The notes beneath the pieces were generated by a model, which was not told the DNA's origin, searched no databases, and saw nothing but the letters and a program-made list of their open reading frames with translations. This document shows positions 29,078 through 38,598 of a stretch of 64,000 bases of DNA, piece by piece. The stretch comes from an archaeon (GTDB taxonomy: Archaea; Iainarchaeota; Iainarchaeia; Iainarchaeales; 0-14-0-20-34-12), in assembly GCA_038046645.1 (NCBI GenBank), contig JBBSVU010000016.1, positions 11,998 through 75,997 of the forward strand, read 5' to 3'. A program made the translations under genes and the position numbers. Numbering within the stretch: position 1 is the first letter of the stretch; each line of letters opens with the position of its first letter.

Positions 29078-29195
29078 TCACAACGTTTGGCTTGCAACGC
29101 CCATGTATTTATCTATAAATAAAGTGATATTTACAAATTTAATACTGTGATTTGCAAGCCTATGCCTAGAGGCATAGGTTCCCAAACGTTGTGAC
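29078..29195 (+). mobile_element. Non-autonomous IS200/IS605-type palindromic element, copy B (left hairpin decayed)
   Basis: Preceded by TCAC, ends in TGAC; TCACAACGTTTGG-CTTGCAA...TTGCAAG-CCTATGCC-TAGA-GGCATAGG-TTC-CCAAACGTTGTGA, same architecture as copy A. Confidence 0.7.
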
Positions 29196-29219
29196 ATAAT
29201 TATTTGAAGGGGGATTATT

Positions 29220-30278
29220 TTGGCACAAAAAAAGAAACCTGAAAAAGTTGCACATAAGAAAATTGACACGCAAATAAAGACATTGAGGAAAGGCCTTGAG
29301 AAAGAAGTGTCTTTTGCTAAAAAAGTCAGCAAGGCAACAAAAGAGCATGATGAGGAGCTTGAGGTATTGAAAAACGAGCTTGAAAAATTGAAAGCCAAGA
29401 AAAAGCGAAGTTATCTTTCTGATTATAACAAGTTTATGCGCTCCCAGATAAAATCAGGCAAGACATTTAAGCAAGCTGTTGCTTTATGGAAGAAAAAGAA
29501 GAAAGATGATGAAAGGAAATCAAAAGGTTCAAAAAGAACAGCTTATAATATTTTCATTTCTTCCCAGCTTAAGCAGGGAAAAACAATGAAGCAGGCGATT
29601 GCAGCATGGAATGATTTCAAGAGTGGAAAAGTAAAGAAAAGGATTGTTTACAAGAGAATTTTATCAAAACCAAAGGTGGTATACAGAAACAAGGTAGTAT
29701 ATCGTAATAGAAATAAGCTTGTTTACAGAAACAAAATAGTGCCAAAAATAGTTTATAGGAACAGAGTTGTAAAAACCGATGTTCCAAAAGTAATCCGCCG
29801 TAAGAAAACTATAAAACCGGTTGTTCCAAAAGTAGTTCATCGAAAAAGGATAATTAAACCAGTGGAAAAACCAGAACCAAAACATGTTTCAAGGATTAGG
29901 GTTGTGAGAAGAAATGTCTTCCCTACCGAAGAATTGGAAAGGGTTTTTCTGAAGTACAAGCCGGAAACGCACATAGTTGAAAAGGAAGTGTTCCCAGCTG
30001 AAAAAATAAAAGAAGTGCTTGATTCAGTAATGCACTCAAAGCCTGAAACAGTTGTGCATTATGCAGATGATGTTTCAGATGAAGAAACCGCTTTAAGGAT
30101 GCTTGAGATATATCTTAAAGAAATAGCTTGGTCAAACCATAAAGATAAGCTGGATGTTGACCAAATTATAAACACATATTTCTATGCGCTTTCAAGGATA
30201 AAAAGAAAGGATATAGAAATGCATAAAATTTTAGAAGCTCTGAATAAGGAAAGGATTAGAAAGGTTGAGGGTGAATGA
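29220..30278 (+). CDS. Highly basic protein: coiled coil, two HMG/YABBY-like motifs, VVYRN repeats, C-terminal SDEE domain
   Basis: SDYNKFMRSQIKSGKTFKQAVALWK and TAYNIFISSQLKQGKTMKQAIAAWN; TTG start after a GGGG SD-like run. Confidence 0.8.
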   Translation: MAQKKKPEKVAHKKIDTQIKTLRKGLEKEVSFAKKVSKATKEHDEELEVLKNELEKLKAKKKRSYLSDYNKFMRSQIKSGKTFKQAVALWKKKKKDDERKSKGSKRTAYNIFISSQLKQGKTMKQAIAAWNDFKSGKVKKRIVYKRILSKPKVVYRNKVVYRNRNKLVYRNKIVPKIVYRNRVVKTDVPKVIRRKKTIKPVVPKVVHRKRIIKPVEKPEPKHVSRIRVVRRNVFPTEELERVFLKYKPETHIVEKEVFPAEKIKEVLDSVMHSKPETVVHYADDVSDEETALRMLEIYLKEIAWSNHKDKLDVDQIINTYFYALSRIKRKDIEMHKILEALNKERIRKVEGE

Positions 30279-30279
30279 A

Positions 30280-30516
30280 ATGCTGTCAGATGAAGAAGTT
30301 GCACAAAGATTAACCGCAATCTATTTTGAGGAGATTGCAAGAAGGGGTTTCAAAAGAACGCTTGATTTGGATTCAGTAATAAACACATACCTTTACATAC
30401 TCTCAAAGCTGCAGAAGAAAGAGGCAATTTGTTTGAAGGTGGAAGAATCAGTGAAAGAGTTAGAAGCTGATTTGCCAAATGAAACAAGCGATGAATTATT
30501 TCCAAGCATAAAGTAA
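30280..30516 (+). CDS. Small protein paralogous to the C-terminal domain of the upstream gene
   Basis: LSDEEVAQRLTAIYFEEIA..LDLDSVINTYLYILSKL vs VSDEETALRMLEIYLKEIA..LDVDQIINTYFYALSRI. Confidence 0.8.
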   Translation: MLSDEEVAQRLTAIYFEEIARRGFKRTLDLDSVINTYLYILSKLQKKEAICLKVEESVKELEADLPNETSDELFPSIK

Positions 30517-30558
30517 GGAAAAAATTCTTACTTTTTTCTATTTTTTTATTATTTTTGG

Positions 30559-31593
30559 CTATGCCATATTTTTCAATGCAGAAGCCAGTATTTTTTTTGA
30601 CAATTCATATTCCTTCAATGATACTCTCTCCTCCTTTGTATGATCCAGTTTTGAGTCTCCGGCTCCATATGCAAGGATAGGGCAATTCCATTCCCTGGCA
30701 AATATATTCATGTCACAGCTCCCGGTTTTTATCTTGTAGCTTGGGTTTAAGCCATGCGAGCGTATTGCTGAAATAAATGCTCTTGCCAAGAAAGAATTTT
30801 TATCGGCTTTTACTGCATGCAATTCTTCTGATATTTCAATTTTGCAATCATTTTTATTTTGTGCCATCATGAATTCTCTGAATTTCACATACGGAAAATC
30901 CAAGGAAGTCCTTATGTCAATTTTTGCACCGCATTCCTCATATATTCCATCAGAGCTTGAATTGATTGCAATCAGCGATGCATTTGAATTGTTGAATGAA
31001 AGCTCTTTTTGTGTAAATCCCTCTTTTATTTGGTTGTAAAAATTTATTGCCGAATCGCAGGCATTTTCATTTGCATGCCCTGTATGGAAAACCCCTTTTT
31101 TAGTTTCATAAATTAAAGAAATTCTGCCCCTGTATCCTATTGTTATTGCTGAAACCCCTGATGGTTCTCCAATGATGCATGCATTCGGCTTTATTTGTTT
31201 TTTAAAAAAATGCGCCCCTTTTGATTTCGATTCCTCGCCAACACAGGCAGCAACAATTATTTGATAATCCCGGGAATCTAAAAAATCAGCCGAGGATTCA
31301 ACAAATGCGCATAATGAAGCCTTTGCATCAACGCTTCCCCTGCCATATAAAAAACCATCAGAGATTTTTACAGGTAACTGCCCTTTTACGGTGTCAATAT
31401 GCCCTGCCAGCACTATTTTCTTATTTCCCTTCCCAGCAATCCCTATTGCATTCCCTGCTTTATCCCTTTTTGCATCCAATCCGAGTTTTTTCATTTCATC
31501 AATAAGAAATGAAACAGCATTATTCTCATTCCCTGATTCACTTGGGATTGAAACTAATTTTTCCAATAATTCATTCCTAATGTTATGGCTCAT
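30559..31593 (-). CDS. lysK: LysW-lysine hydrolase (M20)
   Basis: GHIDTV, GRGSVDAK, VGEE, IGEPS, CDMN, DH; lys operon context. Confidence 0.92.
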   Translation of the reverse strand: MSHNIRNELLEKLVSIPSESGNENNAVSFLIDEMKKLGLDAKRDKAGNAIGIAGKGNKKIVLAGHIDTVKGQLPVKISDGFLYGRGSVDAKASLCAFVESSADFLDSRDYQIIVAACVGEESKSKGAHFFKKQIKPNACIIGEPSGVSAITIGYRGRISLIYETKKGVFHTGHANENACDSAINFYNQIKEGFTQKELSFNNSNASLIAINSSSDGIYEECGAKIDIRTSLDFPYVKFREFMMAQNKNDCKIEISEELHAVKADKNSFLARAFISAIRSHGLNPSYKIKTGSCDMNIFAREWNCPILAYGAGDSKLDHTKEERVSLKEYELSKKILASALKNMA

Positions 31594-32758
31594 TTAATCC
31601 ACTTCTTACTTTTTCTGCAACCACATTTGCATATTCCTTTGTAAATGTCAATGGCGGCAAGAATCTCACAATTGTTTTCCCTGTAGGCATTGCAAGAACT
31701 CCGTTCTGCATCAGATTATTTAAAAGCCCATCATTCTTAACTTTCAATTCAAGTGCAATCATTAATCCTAAGCCGCGTGCTTCCCTAATTTTCTGGTTTT
31801 CAATTCCTTTTAATAAATCAACAAAGTATTTTCCAACAATTTCCGCATTTGACAAAAGATTTTTTTCTTCAATATGCTTTAATATTGCTAAAGAAACAGC
31901 ACAGGCAAGCGGATTTCCGCCAAAGGTAGAGCCATGTGTTGCCTTTTCAGGGATAAAATCTTCCCGCATTATTGTTGCCCCTATTGGATAGCCACAGCCC
32001 AAAATTTTTGCGCAGGTCATTATGTCAGCTTCAACATTGAAATGCTCGGAAGCAAACCATTTTCCTGTCCTTCCAAGGCCTGTTTGCACCTCATCAATTA
32101 TCAATAAAGCATCATTTTTCACGCATATTTCCTTTACTGCTTTCAAATAATCCTTGTGCGGAATGATTACCCCGCTTTCCCCCTGAATAGGCTCAAGGAT
32201 TACTGCTGCGGTTTCTTTGTTTACTGCTTTTTCCATTGCCTCAATATTATTATAGGGGATGTGCTCAAATTCGGGAACCAAAGGCTCAAATGGTTTTCTG
32301 TAATTTGGCTTCCATGTTGCAGACAACGATCCAAAAGTCCTTCCATGGAATGCCATCATTGTTGAGATTATTTTTTTCTTCCCAGTAAACATCCTTGCGA
32401 ATTTCAATGCAGCTTCCACAGATTCTGTCCCAGAATTGCATAGATATGTCCTTGATAATTTTCCGGGCGCTATTGATGCAAGCTTTTCAAGAAGTTTGGT
32501 GCGAACATCATTGTAAAAAAGCTCAGAGCAGTCTATCATTATTTGTGACTGTTCAATCAAGGCATTTGTTATTGCAGGATTGCATCTCCCTATTCCCACA
32601 GAACCATGGCCTGCAAGGCAGTCGATGTATTCTTTCCCGTTTGCATCATATACTAGGCAATCCTTTCCCCTTACGAGCGCAAGGTTCCTTTTAGGATAAA
32701 CGCCAGAAGTATATTTTTCCTCCAATTTTATAATATCTTCATTGCCCAATTGATTCAT
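31583..32758 (-). CDS. lysJ: LysW-aminoadipate semialdehyde transaminase
   Basis: CNSGTES, FHGRT, DEVQTG, HGSTFGGNPL. Confidence 0.92.
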   Translation of the reverse strand: MNQLGNEDIIKLEEKYTSGVYPKRNLALVRGKDCLVYDANGKEYIDCLAGHGSVGIGRCNPAITNALIEQSQIMIDCSELFYNDVRTKLLEKLASIAPGKLSRTYLCNSGTESVEAALKFARMFTGKKKIISTMMAFHGRTFGSLSATWKPNYRKPFEPLVPEFEHIPYNNIEAMEKAVNKETAAVILEPIQGESGVIIPHKDYLKAVKEICVKNDALLIIDEVQTGLGRTGKWFASEHFNVEADIMTCAKILGCGYPIGATIMREDFIPEKATHGSTFGGNPLACAVSLAILKHIEEKNLLSNAEIVGKYFVDLLKGIENQKIREARGLGLMIALELKVKNDGLLNNLMQNGVLAMPTGKTIVRFLPPLTFTKEYANVVAEKVRSGLNEP

Positions 32759-32767
32759 TTTTTCCCC

Positions 32768-33565
32768 TCACATTTCAATTACTGTTGCATTGCCAGCATA
32801 TGCTTCACTGATTGGGTTTTTTACGGAAGCTGAGGCAATTATTACCCTTTTAACGCCATTCTGCAGCGCTTCCTTTGCCCCCAGCAATTTTATCTTCATC
32901 CGGTCTTTTGCAAATTCTTTTATCACTTTATCAATCTCGTCGAATTTTATTTTTTTGATCAAGCTGCCCTTGTCATTAATGTCTTTCAAAACCCCGGGCA
33001 CATCACTCATTATTATCAATTCATCAGCATTCATTGCAGCAGCCACGATTGCAGCTGCCCTGTCTCCATCCACATTGACAGCATAATTATCATGGCTTAT
33101 TGCCGGCGGGGTTAAAACAGGCAAATATCCTCCTTCAAGAAGCATTTTTATCAATTGAACATTTACCTTTTCAACTTTGCCAGTCAAATCCCCATGCAAA
33201 ACCATTTTCTTTCCGTTCTCGATTATTTTTATTGAATCCTTCCTTTTTGCCTCAAAAATCCTTCCTGAAATTCCGCTTAACCCAACAGCATTTACCCCCA
33301 ATTTCTGCAATTTTGAAACAATCATTGAATTCATTTTTCCAACATAGGCCATCTGGAACAATTCCATTGTTTTTTCATCAGTTGCCCTGCTTGTATATCC
33401 TGAAACAGATTCAACGAATTTTGGTTTATGCCCCAATGCATTTGACAATCTGTCAAGCTCATCAGAGCCTCCATGCACAAGGACAAAATTTTTATGCTGC
33501 ACCAAATCCTGCAGGAATGAATCATAATCTATTTTGTCGCTTCCCCCTATTTTAACCACAAACAT
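32768..33565 (-). CDS. lysZ: LysW-aminoadipate kinase
   Basis: VVKIGGS, VHGGS, NVDGDRAAA; ATG 33565. Confidence 0.92.
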   Translation of the reverse strand: MFVVKIGGSDKIDYDSFLQDLVQHKNFVLVHGGSDELDRLSNALGHKPKFVESVSGYTSRATDEKTMELFQMAYVGKMNSMIVSKLQKLGVNAVGLSGISGRIFEAKRKDSIKIIENGKKMVLHGDLTGKVEKVNVQLIKMLLEGGYLPVLTPPAISHDNYAVNVDGDRAAAIVAAAMNADELIIMSDVPGVLKDINDKGSLIKKIKFDEIDKVIKEFAKDRMKIKLLGAKEALQNGVKRVIIASASVKNPISEAYAGNATVIEM

Positions 33566-33587
33566 TTTCTTGCCCCCTTCCATTGAT

Positions 33588-34619
33588 TTATATTGGATGC
33601 AGGCCCATAAAACCAAGCCCTGTTTTTTCATTAAAGCCATGCATTATATTCATGCATTGCACAGCTTGGCCTGCCGAGCCCCTGCAAATATTGTCAATTG
33701 CTGACATTACAATCAATCTGCCATTTATCATATCCTTTTCAAAGCCTATGTCACAAAAATTTGTTCCGCTTAGGAATTTGGGCTCAGGATATTTATGCAA
33801 GGTATTTTTCTCCTTCACAAACCTGACAAAAGGTTCCTTCCCATATCTTTGTATGTACGCCTTCCAGACATCTTTTTCTTCATATTCCCCCTCTATGAAT
33901 ATATGGCAAGTGCTTAATATGCCCCGAACCATTTCGATTGCATGCGGCGTAAATGATATTTTCTTGCCCTCTACATTTAATTCCTGAATCATTTCTGCAG
34001 TGTGCCTGTGCCCATATGGTTTGTAGCTTCTTACACAATCTCTTCTTTCTGGATGGTGTGTTCCCAGATTATGGTCAAGGCCTGATGCAGCCGAGCCTAT
34101 TTTTGAATCAATAATGATATTTGAAATCTTGAAATTCTCCACAATCGGCTTAAGCCCCAAAATTACAGATGTAGCTAGGCAGCCAGGCCCTGCAACATAG
34201 TCTGCTTTTTTTAATTCCTCGCGGTGCAATTCAGGCAAACCATAAACAGCATTCTTCAATCTTTCAGGAACAGGATGCTCATAATTATACCACTTAGGGT
34301 AATCATCCTTATTTTTTAATCTGAAATCAGAGCTCAAATCAATTATTTTATTTGCTTTATCCAAAAAAGTTTCCTGAAAATTCAATCCAATGCCGTGCGG
34401 CAATGCTGAAAATAAAACATCAGTTTTAGGAAGCTCATTTATTGAGGTAAATTTTAATGTTGTAGCTCCCCTTAAATTCGGGTGAATCTTCTCAACAGTT
34501 TTCCCTACCTCATCCTTCCCGCTTATCCCTATTACTTCAACCTCGGGATGCGCGAGCAATATTCTTAATAATTCTCCCCCGACATATCCCGAAGCCCCAA
34601 CAATGCTAGCTGTAATCAT
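33588..34619 (-). CDS. lysY: LysW-aminoadipyl-phosphate reductase
   Basis: GASGYVGGE, PGCLAT, HRHTAE, DN..RGSAGQA. Confidence 0.93.
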   Translation of the reverse strand: MITASIVGASGYVGGELLRILLAHPEVEVIGISGKDEVGKTVEKIHPNLRGATTLKFTSINELPKTDVLFSALPHGIGLNFQETFLDKANKIIDLSSDFRLKNKDDYPKWYNYEHPVPERLKNAVYGLPELHREELKKADYVAGPGCLATSVILGLKPIVENFKISNIIIDSKIGSAASGLDHNLGTHHPERRDCVRSYKPYGHRHTAEMIQELNVEGKKISFTPHAIEMVRGILSTCHIFIEGEYEEKDVWKAYIQRYGKEPFVRFVKEKNTLHKYPEPKFLSGTNFCDIGFEKDMINGRLIVMSAIDNICRGSAGQAVQCMNIMHGFNEKTGLGFMGLHPI

Positions 34620-35452
34620 CTTTTCCCCTTCGCGATTAAATATTCAATAATTTTTTCAGGTATGTTTACGCCGGTAGGCAAAATACTATTCTTGAATTCC
34701 ATATTGTGGTTTACCTCGTGCACAAGCAACCCATTTTCTGATTCCATTACATCAATTGCCAATATTCCTGAACCAACTGCTTTTGCAGCCTTAATGCAAA
34801 TCTCATTCAATTCATCATCAACCATGCAGTTTTCAGTCTTTCCGCCTCTTGCAGTATTTGTTATCCAATGGTCAGATTTTCTGTAAATTGCATAGATTGT
34901 TTCCTCGCCGATAACGCATGCCCTTATATCCCTGTCAGGCTTTTTTATCAATTCCTGAATGTAAAAAATTGAGTGAAGGTAATTTCCCAATGTTTTTTTG
35001 TGTTCAATCAATGCTTCTGCAGCATTCCTGTCATTTACTTTTGCCAGCAATCTCGCCCATGACCCAATAACCGGCTTCATTACACAAGGATAGCCGATCT
35101 CTTCAATAGCATTAAGTGCACTTTCCTCAGAAAAAGCAATAATTGTTTTTGGGGTTGGAACGTTGTTTTCTTTTAATGCTATTGAGGTCAATGCCTTGTC
35201 TCCGCATATCCTTATTGTGTCAAATGAATTCACAGTTTTTATTCCATAACTTTCAAGAAACCTGCTTGCATATAAGCTCCTTGAGAATGAAACATCCCTG
35301 TCCAGGACTATGTCATAATCCAATGATTTTTCAAGAGAGAACATCAACCCATCGGAATTTACATTCTCCAAAATGACATTCTTCCTTTTTGCTTCATCAA
35401 AAAGCAACATTTCCTCTTTCCTCAATTTTGACAACAACATTCCAATCTTCAT
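34616..35452 (-). CDS. lysX: Alpha-aminoadipate--LysW ligase
   Basis: ATP-grasp: KPVIGSWARL, WITNTARGG, EVNHNMEFKNS. Confidence 0.95.
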   Translation of the reverse strand: MKIGMLLSKLRKEEMLLFDEAKRKNVILENVNSDGLMFSLEKSLDYDIVLDRDVSFSRSLYASRFLESYGIKTVNSFDTIRICGDKALTSIALKENNVPTPKTIIAFSEESALNAIEEIGYPCVMKPVIGSWARLLAKVNDRNAAEALIEHKKTLGNYLHSIFYIQELIKKPDRDIRACVIGEETIYAIYRKSDHWITNTARGGKTENCMVDDELNEICIKAAKAVGSGILAIDVMESENGLLVHEVNHNMEFKNSILPTGVNIPEKIIEYLIAKGKR

Positions 35453-35453
35453 T

Positions 35454-35618
35454 TTATTCCCCCCAGTCTTCTTCCTCTTTCGGGGCTTCTTTTAATGCAA
35501 TTGGGTTTATGCTTGCAACTTCCAATTCTGTTCCGCATTGCGTGCATGTTACCAATTCGCCCTTCAGTGTATTTTCACCTAACTCTATCCCACTGCTGCA
35601 TACCGGACATTCTGCCAT
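35454..35618 (-). CDS. lysW: Amino-group carrier protein LysW (not in ORF track)
   Basis: MAECPVCSSGIELGENTLKGELVTCTQCGTELEVASINPIALKEAPKEEEDWGE: two CxxC and terminal EDWGE. Confidence 0.97.
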   Translation of the reverse strand: MAECPVCSSGIELGENTLKGELVTCTQCGTELEVASINPIALKEAPKEEEDWGE

Positions 35619-36617
35619 TTACAACACCTCCATTTCTTGTATTATTGAATTTAGCATTTCATTTGTTTTTGATTTTCCGCCAAGGTCTGGCGTAAGGCTT
35701 TTTCTGCCAACAATCACGCTTTCAACAGCAAGCCTAACCTTATTTGCCCCTTCTTTTTCCCCAAGGAAATCAAGCATCAGGGCTGCAGACAAAATTGCCC
35801 CGCACGGATTTGCAATGCCTTTTCCTGCAATATCCGGAGCAGAGCCATGTACGGGCTCAAATAATCCAATTTTTTCACCAATGTTTGCAGAAGGGCATAA
35901 TCCAATGCTTCCGGCAATTCCAGCAACCAAGTCAGACAATATGTCACCATACAGGTTTGGCGCAAGTATTGTCCTGTATTTTGCAGGATTTACCACTAAT
36001 TTCATCGCAAGCGCATCAACTATTTCAGAATCAAATTCCTTCCCCAATTTTTTCAGGGTTTCTGATGCAACACTCAGAAATAAAACATCACTAGGCTTTA
36101 CGACATTTGCCTTGTGCGTTATTGTTATTTTTCCATTTGCAAACCTTGCCGCTGCATTCGCAATCCTTTCTGTAGCCTTTTTTGAGATTATCCTCTGGTT
36201 AATTGCAATTCCCAATTTTTCATCCATTTCCCCAATCCCGGAATATAAGCATTCGGTGTTTTCCCTCACAATAAGGATGTCCACATTTTCATCCCCATAT
36301 CTTCCCAATCCCTTATAAGTCCTTGCAGGCCTTATGTTTGCAAACAAATCAAGGTTCTGCCTTAATGAAAGTATTGCACTCTTGGCTTTCATGTCTTTTG
36401 AAGGGGTGGTGACAGCCCCGAATAATATTGCGTCTGATTTTTTTGCCATTTCGATTGTTTCTTCGGGAACCGGAACACCAGTTTTTTCATGGCATGCAAA
36501 CCCGGCATATGCTTCTTCATATTTTGCATTAAAATTCAGGGCATTTAATACTTTGATTGCCGCTTCAGTTACTTCTGGGCCAATGCCATCTCCCTTGATT
36601 ACTAAAATTTTTTTCAT
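35619..36617 (-). CDS. Homoisocitrate dehydrogenase (IPMDH/IDH family)
   Basis: GDGIGPEV, RENTE, HKANV, NLYGDILSD, EPVHGSAPDIAG; lys operon context. Confidence 0.88.
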   Translation of the reverse strand: MKKILVIKGDGIGPEVTEAAIKVLNALNFNAKYEEAYAGFACHEKTGVPVPEETIEMAKKSDAILFGAVTTPSKDMKAKSAILSLRQNLDLFANIRPARTYKGLGRYGDENVDILIVRENTECLYSGIGEMDEKLGIAINQRIISKKATERIANAAARFANGKITITHKANVVKPSDVLFLSVASETLKKLGKEFDSEIVDALAMKLVVNPAKYRTILAPNLYGDILSDLVAGIAGSIGLCPSANIGEKIGLFEPVHGSAPDIAGKGIANPCGAILSAALMLDFLGEKEGANKVRLAVESVIVGRKSLTPDLGGKSKTNEMLNSIIQEMEVL

Positions 36618-36709
36618 AAGAATACTCCTTCTATTCCCTTATTATTTTTTATGACCGAAATCCGACATAATAAAACATTTTTGTCTGATATAAAACAAAA
36701 CCAAATCAC

Positions 36710-36847
36710 TGACGCCCCATGGGTGCGCGGAAGCCGCACCCCTTGGGGTGCGAAGGATCGCACCCATTTCATTCCTTTCTGTATTTGGCTTCCGCCTGAA
36801 GCCCACTCTACTAAAGACGCCATGGGCTTCAGCCTATGGAGCGTCAC
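36710..36847 (+). mobile_element. Non-autonomous IS200/IS605-type palindromic element, copy C (divergent)
   Basis: Preceded by TCAC, ends in TCAC; hairpins GAAG-C-CGCACCCC-TT-GGGGTGCG and CCATGGGC-TTCA-GCCTATGG; GCGGAAGCC/GGCTTCCGC inner stem; GC-rich island in AT-rich operon. Confidence 0.7.
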
Positions 36848-37338
36848 AATAAGCCCTCCAATGATTTTTTCCTGTTCAAATATGGAATAATTCCGCCAGC
36901 TTTGATTATTTTCTGCATGTTCTTTGATGTTTTCATTATCCCTGCTTTTTTGTTTTTGCCCTTATTATTTAAAATCCCATTTTTTTCATCAAAGCCAGCT
37001 TCATCCCCATCCTCAAACTCAGCTGAATTTTGAATAAAATATGCCGGAAGCCCTATGTTGATTGCATTTCTGTAAAAGATCCTTCCAAATGATTCTGCAA
37101 ACACTGCTTTTATTCCCGAGGCTTTTATTGCCAATGCAGCACTCTCCCTGCTTGAGCCGCAGCCAAAATTTTTTCCAGCAACAATGAAATCGCCTGAAGA
37201 AACCTTTGCTGAAAATTCAGGCCTGTATTCTGCAAAGCATATTTCCCCCAATGCCTTTCCATCAACAGTAAGGTTCATCCTTCCAGGAGTTATTAAGTCA
37301 GTATTTATATTTTCACCAAATTTCCATATCCTTGCCAT
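36844..37338 (-). CDS. Homoaconitase small subunit (LeuD family)
   Basis: [32 protein letters not shown]. Confidence 0.9.
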   Translation of the reverse strand: MARIWKFGENINTDLITPGRMNLTVDGKALGEICFAEYRPEFSAKVSSGDFIVAGKNFGCGSSRESAALAIKASGIKAVFAESFGRIFYRNAINIGLPAYFIQNSAEFEDGDEAGFDEKNGILNNKGKNKKAGIMKTSKNMQKIIKAGGIIPYLNRKKSLEGLL

Positions 37339-37362
37339 TCTTTCACCAAATAAATATATTGC

Positions 37363-38598
37363 TTAACAAAGCTCCCCTTCAATTGCGCTCAATGCAGCAG
37401 TTATTGGCGATCCCAAATAAATCTCAGAATTTGGGGATCCCATCCTTCCGCAGAAATTCCTGTTTTGTGTAGATAAACAAACTTCTTTGTCCCCCAAAAC
37501 GCCAGAGTGCCTTCCCAAGCAAGGGCCGCAGCCAGCATTGCATACAATTGCCCCGGCATTGAGGAAAATATCCATAAGTCCTTCACCCATTGCTTTCTGA
37601 TATTCCTGAACTGTTGAAGGAACAACAATCAATCGTGCATTTTTGTGCACACTTTTTCCCTTCAATATTTTTGCAGCCAATTCCAAATCCTCCAACCTTC
37701 CATTAGTGCATGTGCCTATTACAATTTGATCCAATTTTATCCCCTTAGCTTCTGAAACAGCCTTAACATTTTTAGGTTCATGCGGGCAGGCAACAAGCCT
37801 TTCCAATTCATTTAAGTTTATTTCAAATAAAGATTCATATTTTGCATTTTCATCTGCTTTCATCTCCCCAACATTTTTTCCTTTTTCTTCAAAGAACTTC
37901 TTTGTTATGCTATCCGAAGGGAATAACCCGATTTTGGCACCGCATTCAACGCTCATGTTTGCAATTGTTATCCTGTCTGAAATTGCCATGTCAGCAACAG
38001 CGTTTCCTGAATATTCTACTGATTTATACGCAGCGCCATTTGCCCCTAATATCCTGATTATTTCAAGCGCAATATCCTTAGAAACAATATCTTTTCCTAC
38101 TTTTCCATTCATTTCTGCCTTAATTGTTTCAGGAACCATGAACCAGTTTTTCCCAGTTGCCCAAGATACCGCAATGTCTGTTGAACCCATTCCAATTCCC
38201 AGGGAAGAAACAGCACCAAATGTGCAGGTGTGGGAATCTGCCCCGGCAATTAAAGTATTTGGCAAAGCAATGCCTTCATCTATCAGCAAATGGTGGCAAA
38301 TGCCCTTCCCATAGAAAATGTCCAATATTGCATGTTTCTCTGCAAATCCCATTATTTCTTTCTGCATGTTTGCCGCCTGCACGCTTGCTGCAGGGACAAC
38401 ATGGTCAAAAACAAAAACAACTTTTTCCGCCCTGATTTTAAATCCCTTTAATTCATTGAATGATTTTATTGCAAGTGATGTAGTAGCGTCATGGGACATT
38501 ATTTTGTCAACGTTTGCAATTACTGTGTCGCCAGCAAAAGCCATCCTGCCTGATTTTTCTGAGAATATTTTTTCAACAATGGTTTGCCCATTATCCAT
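37363..38598 (-). CDS. Homoaconitase large subunit (LeuC family)
   Basis: GICH, ADSHTCT, GTCTNGR, CGPCLG, NRNF.GRMG. Confidence 0.9.
   Translation of the reverse strand: MDNGQTIVEKIFSEKSGRMAFAGDTVIANVDKIMSHDATTSLAIKSFNELKGFKIRAEKVVFVFDHVVPAASVQAANMQKEIMGFAEKHAILDIFYGKGICHHLLIDEGIALPNTLIAGADSHTCTFGAVSSLGIGMGSTDIAVSWATGKNWFMVPETIKAEMNGKVGKDIVSKDIALEIIRILGANGAAYKSVEYSGNAVADMAISDRITIANMSVECGAKIGLFPSDSITKKFFEEKGKNVGEMKADENAKYESLFEINLNELERLVACPHEPKNVKAVSEAKGIKLDQIVIGTCTNGRLEDLELAAKILKGKSVHKNARLIVVPSTVQEYQKAMGEGLMDIFLNAGAIVCNAGCGPCLGRHSGVLGDKEVCLSTQNRNFCGRMGSPNSEIYLGSPITAALSAIEGELC

Noticed and set aside
35389..36318. 309-aa plus-strand ORF (also 57298-58179, 10016-10705, 52216-52800 and similar)
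   Set aside because: Antisense shadows of well-supported genes.
36614..36890. ORFs of 77 and 79 aa across the hacB-hicdh gap
   Set aside because: They are readings of the palindromic element with no protein features.
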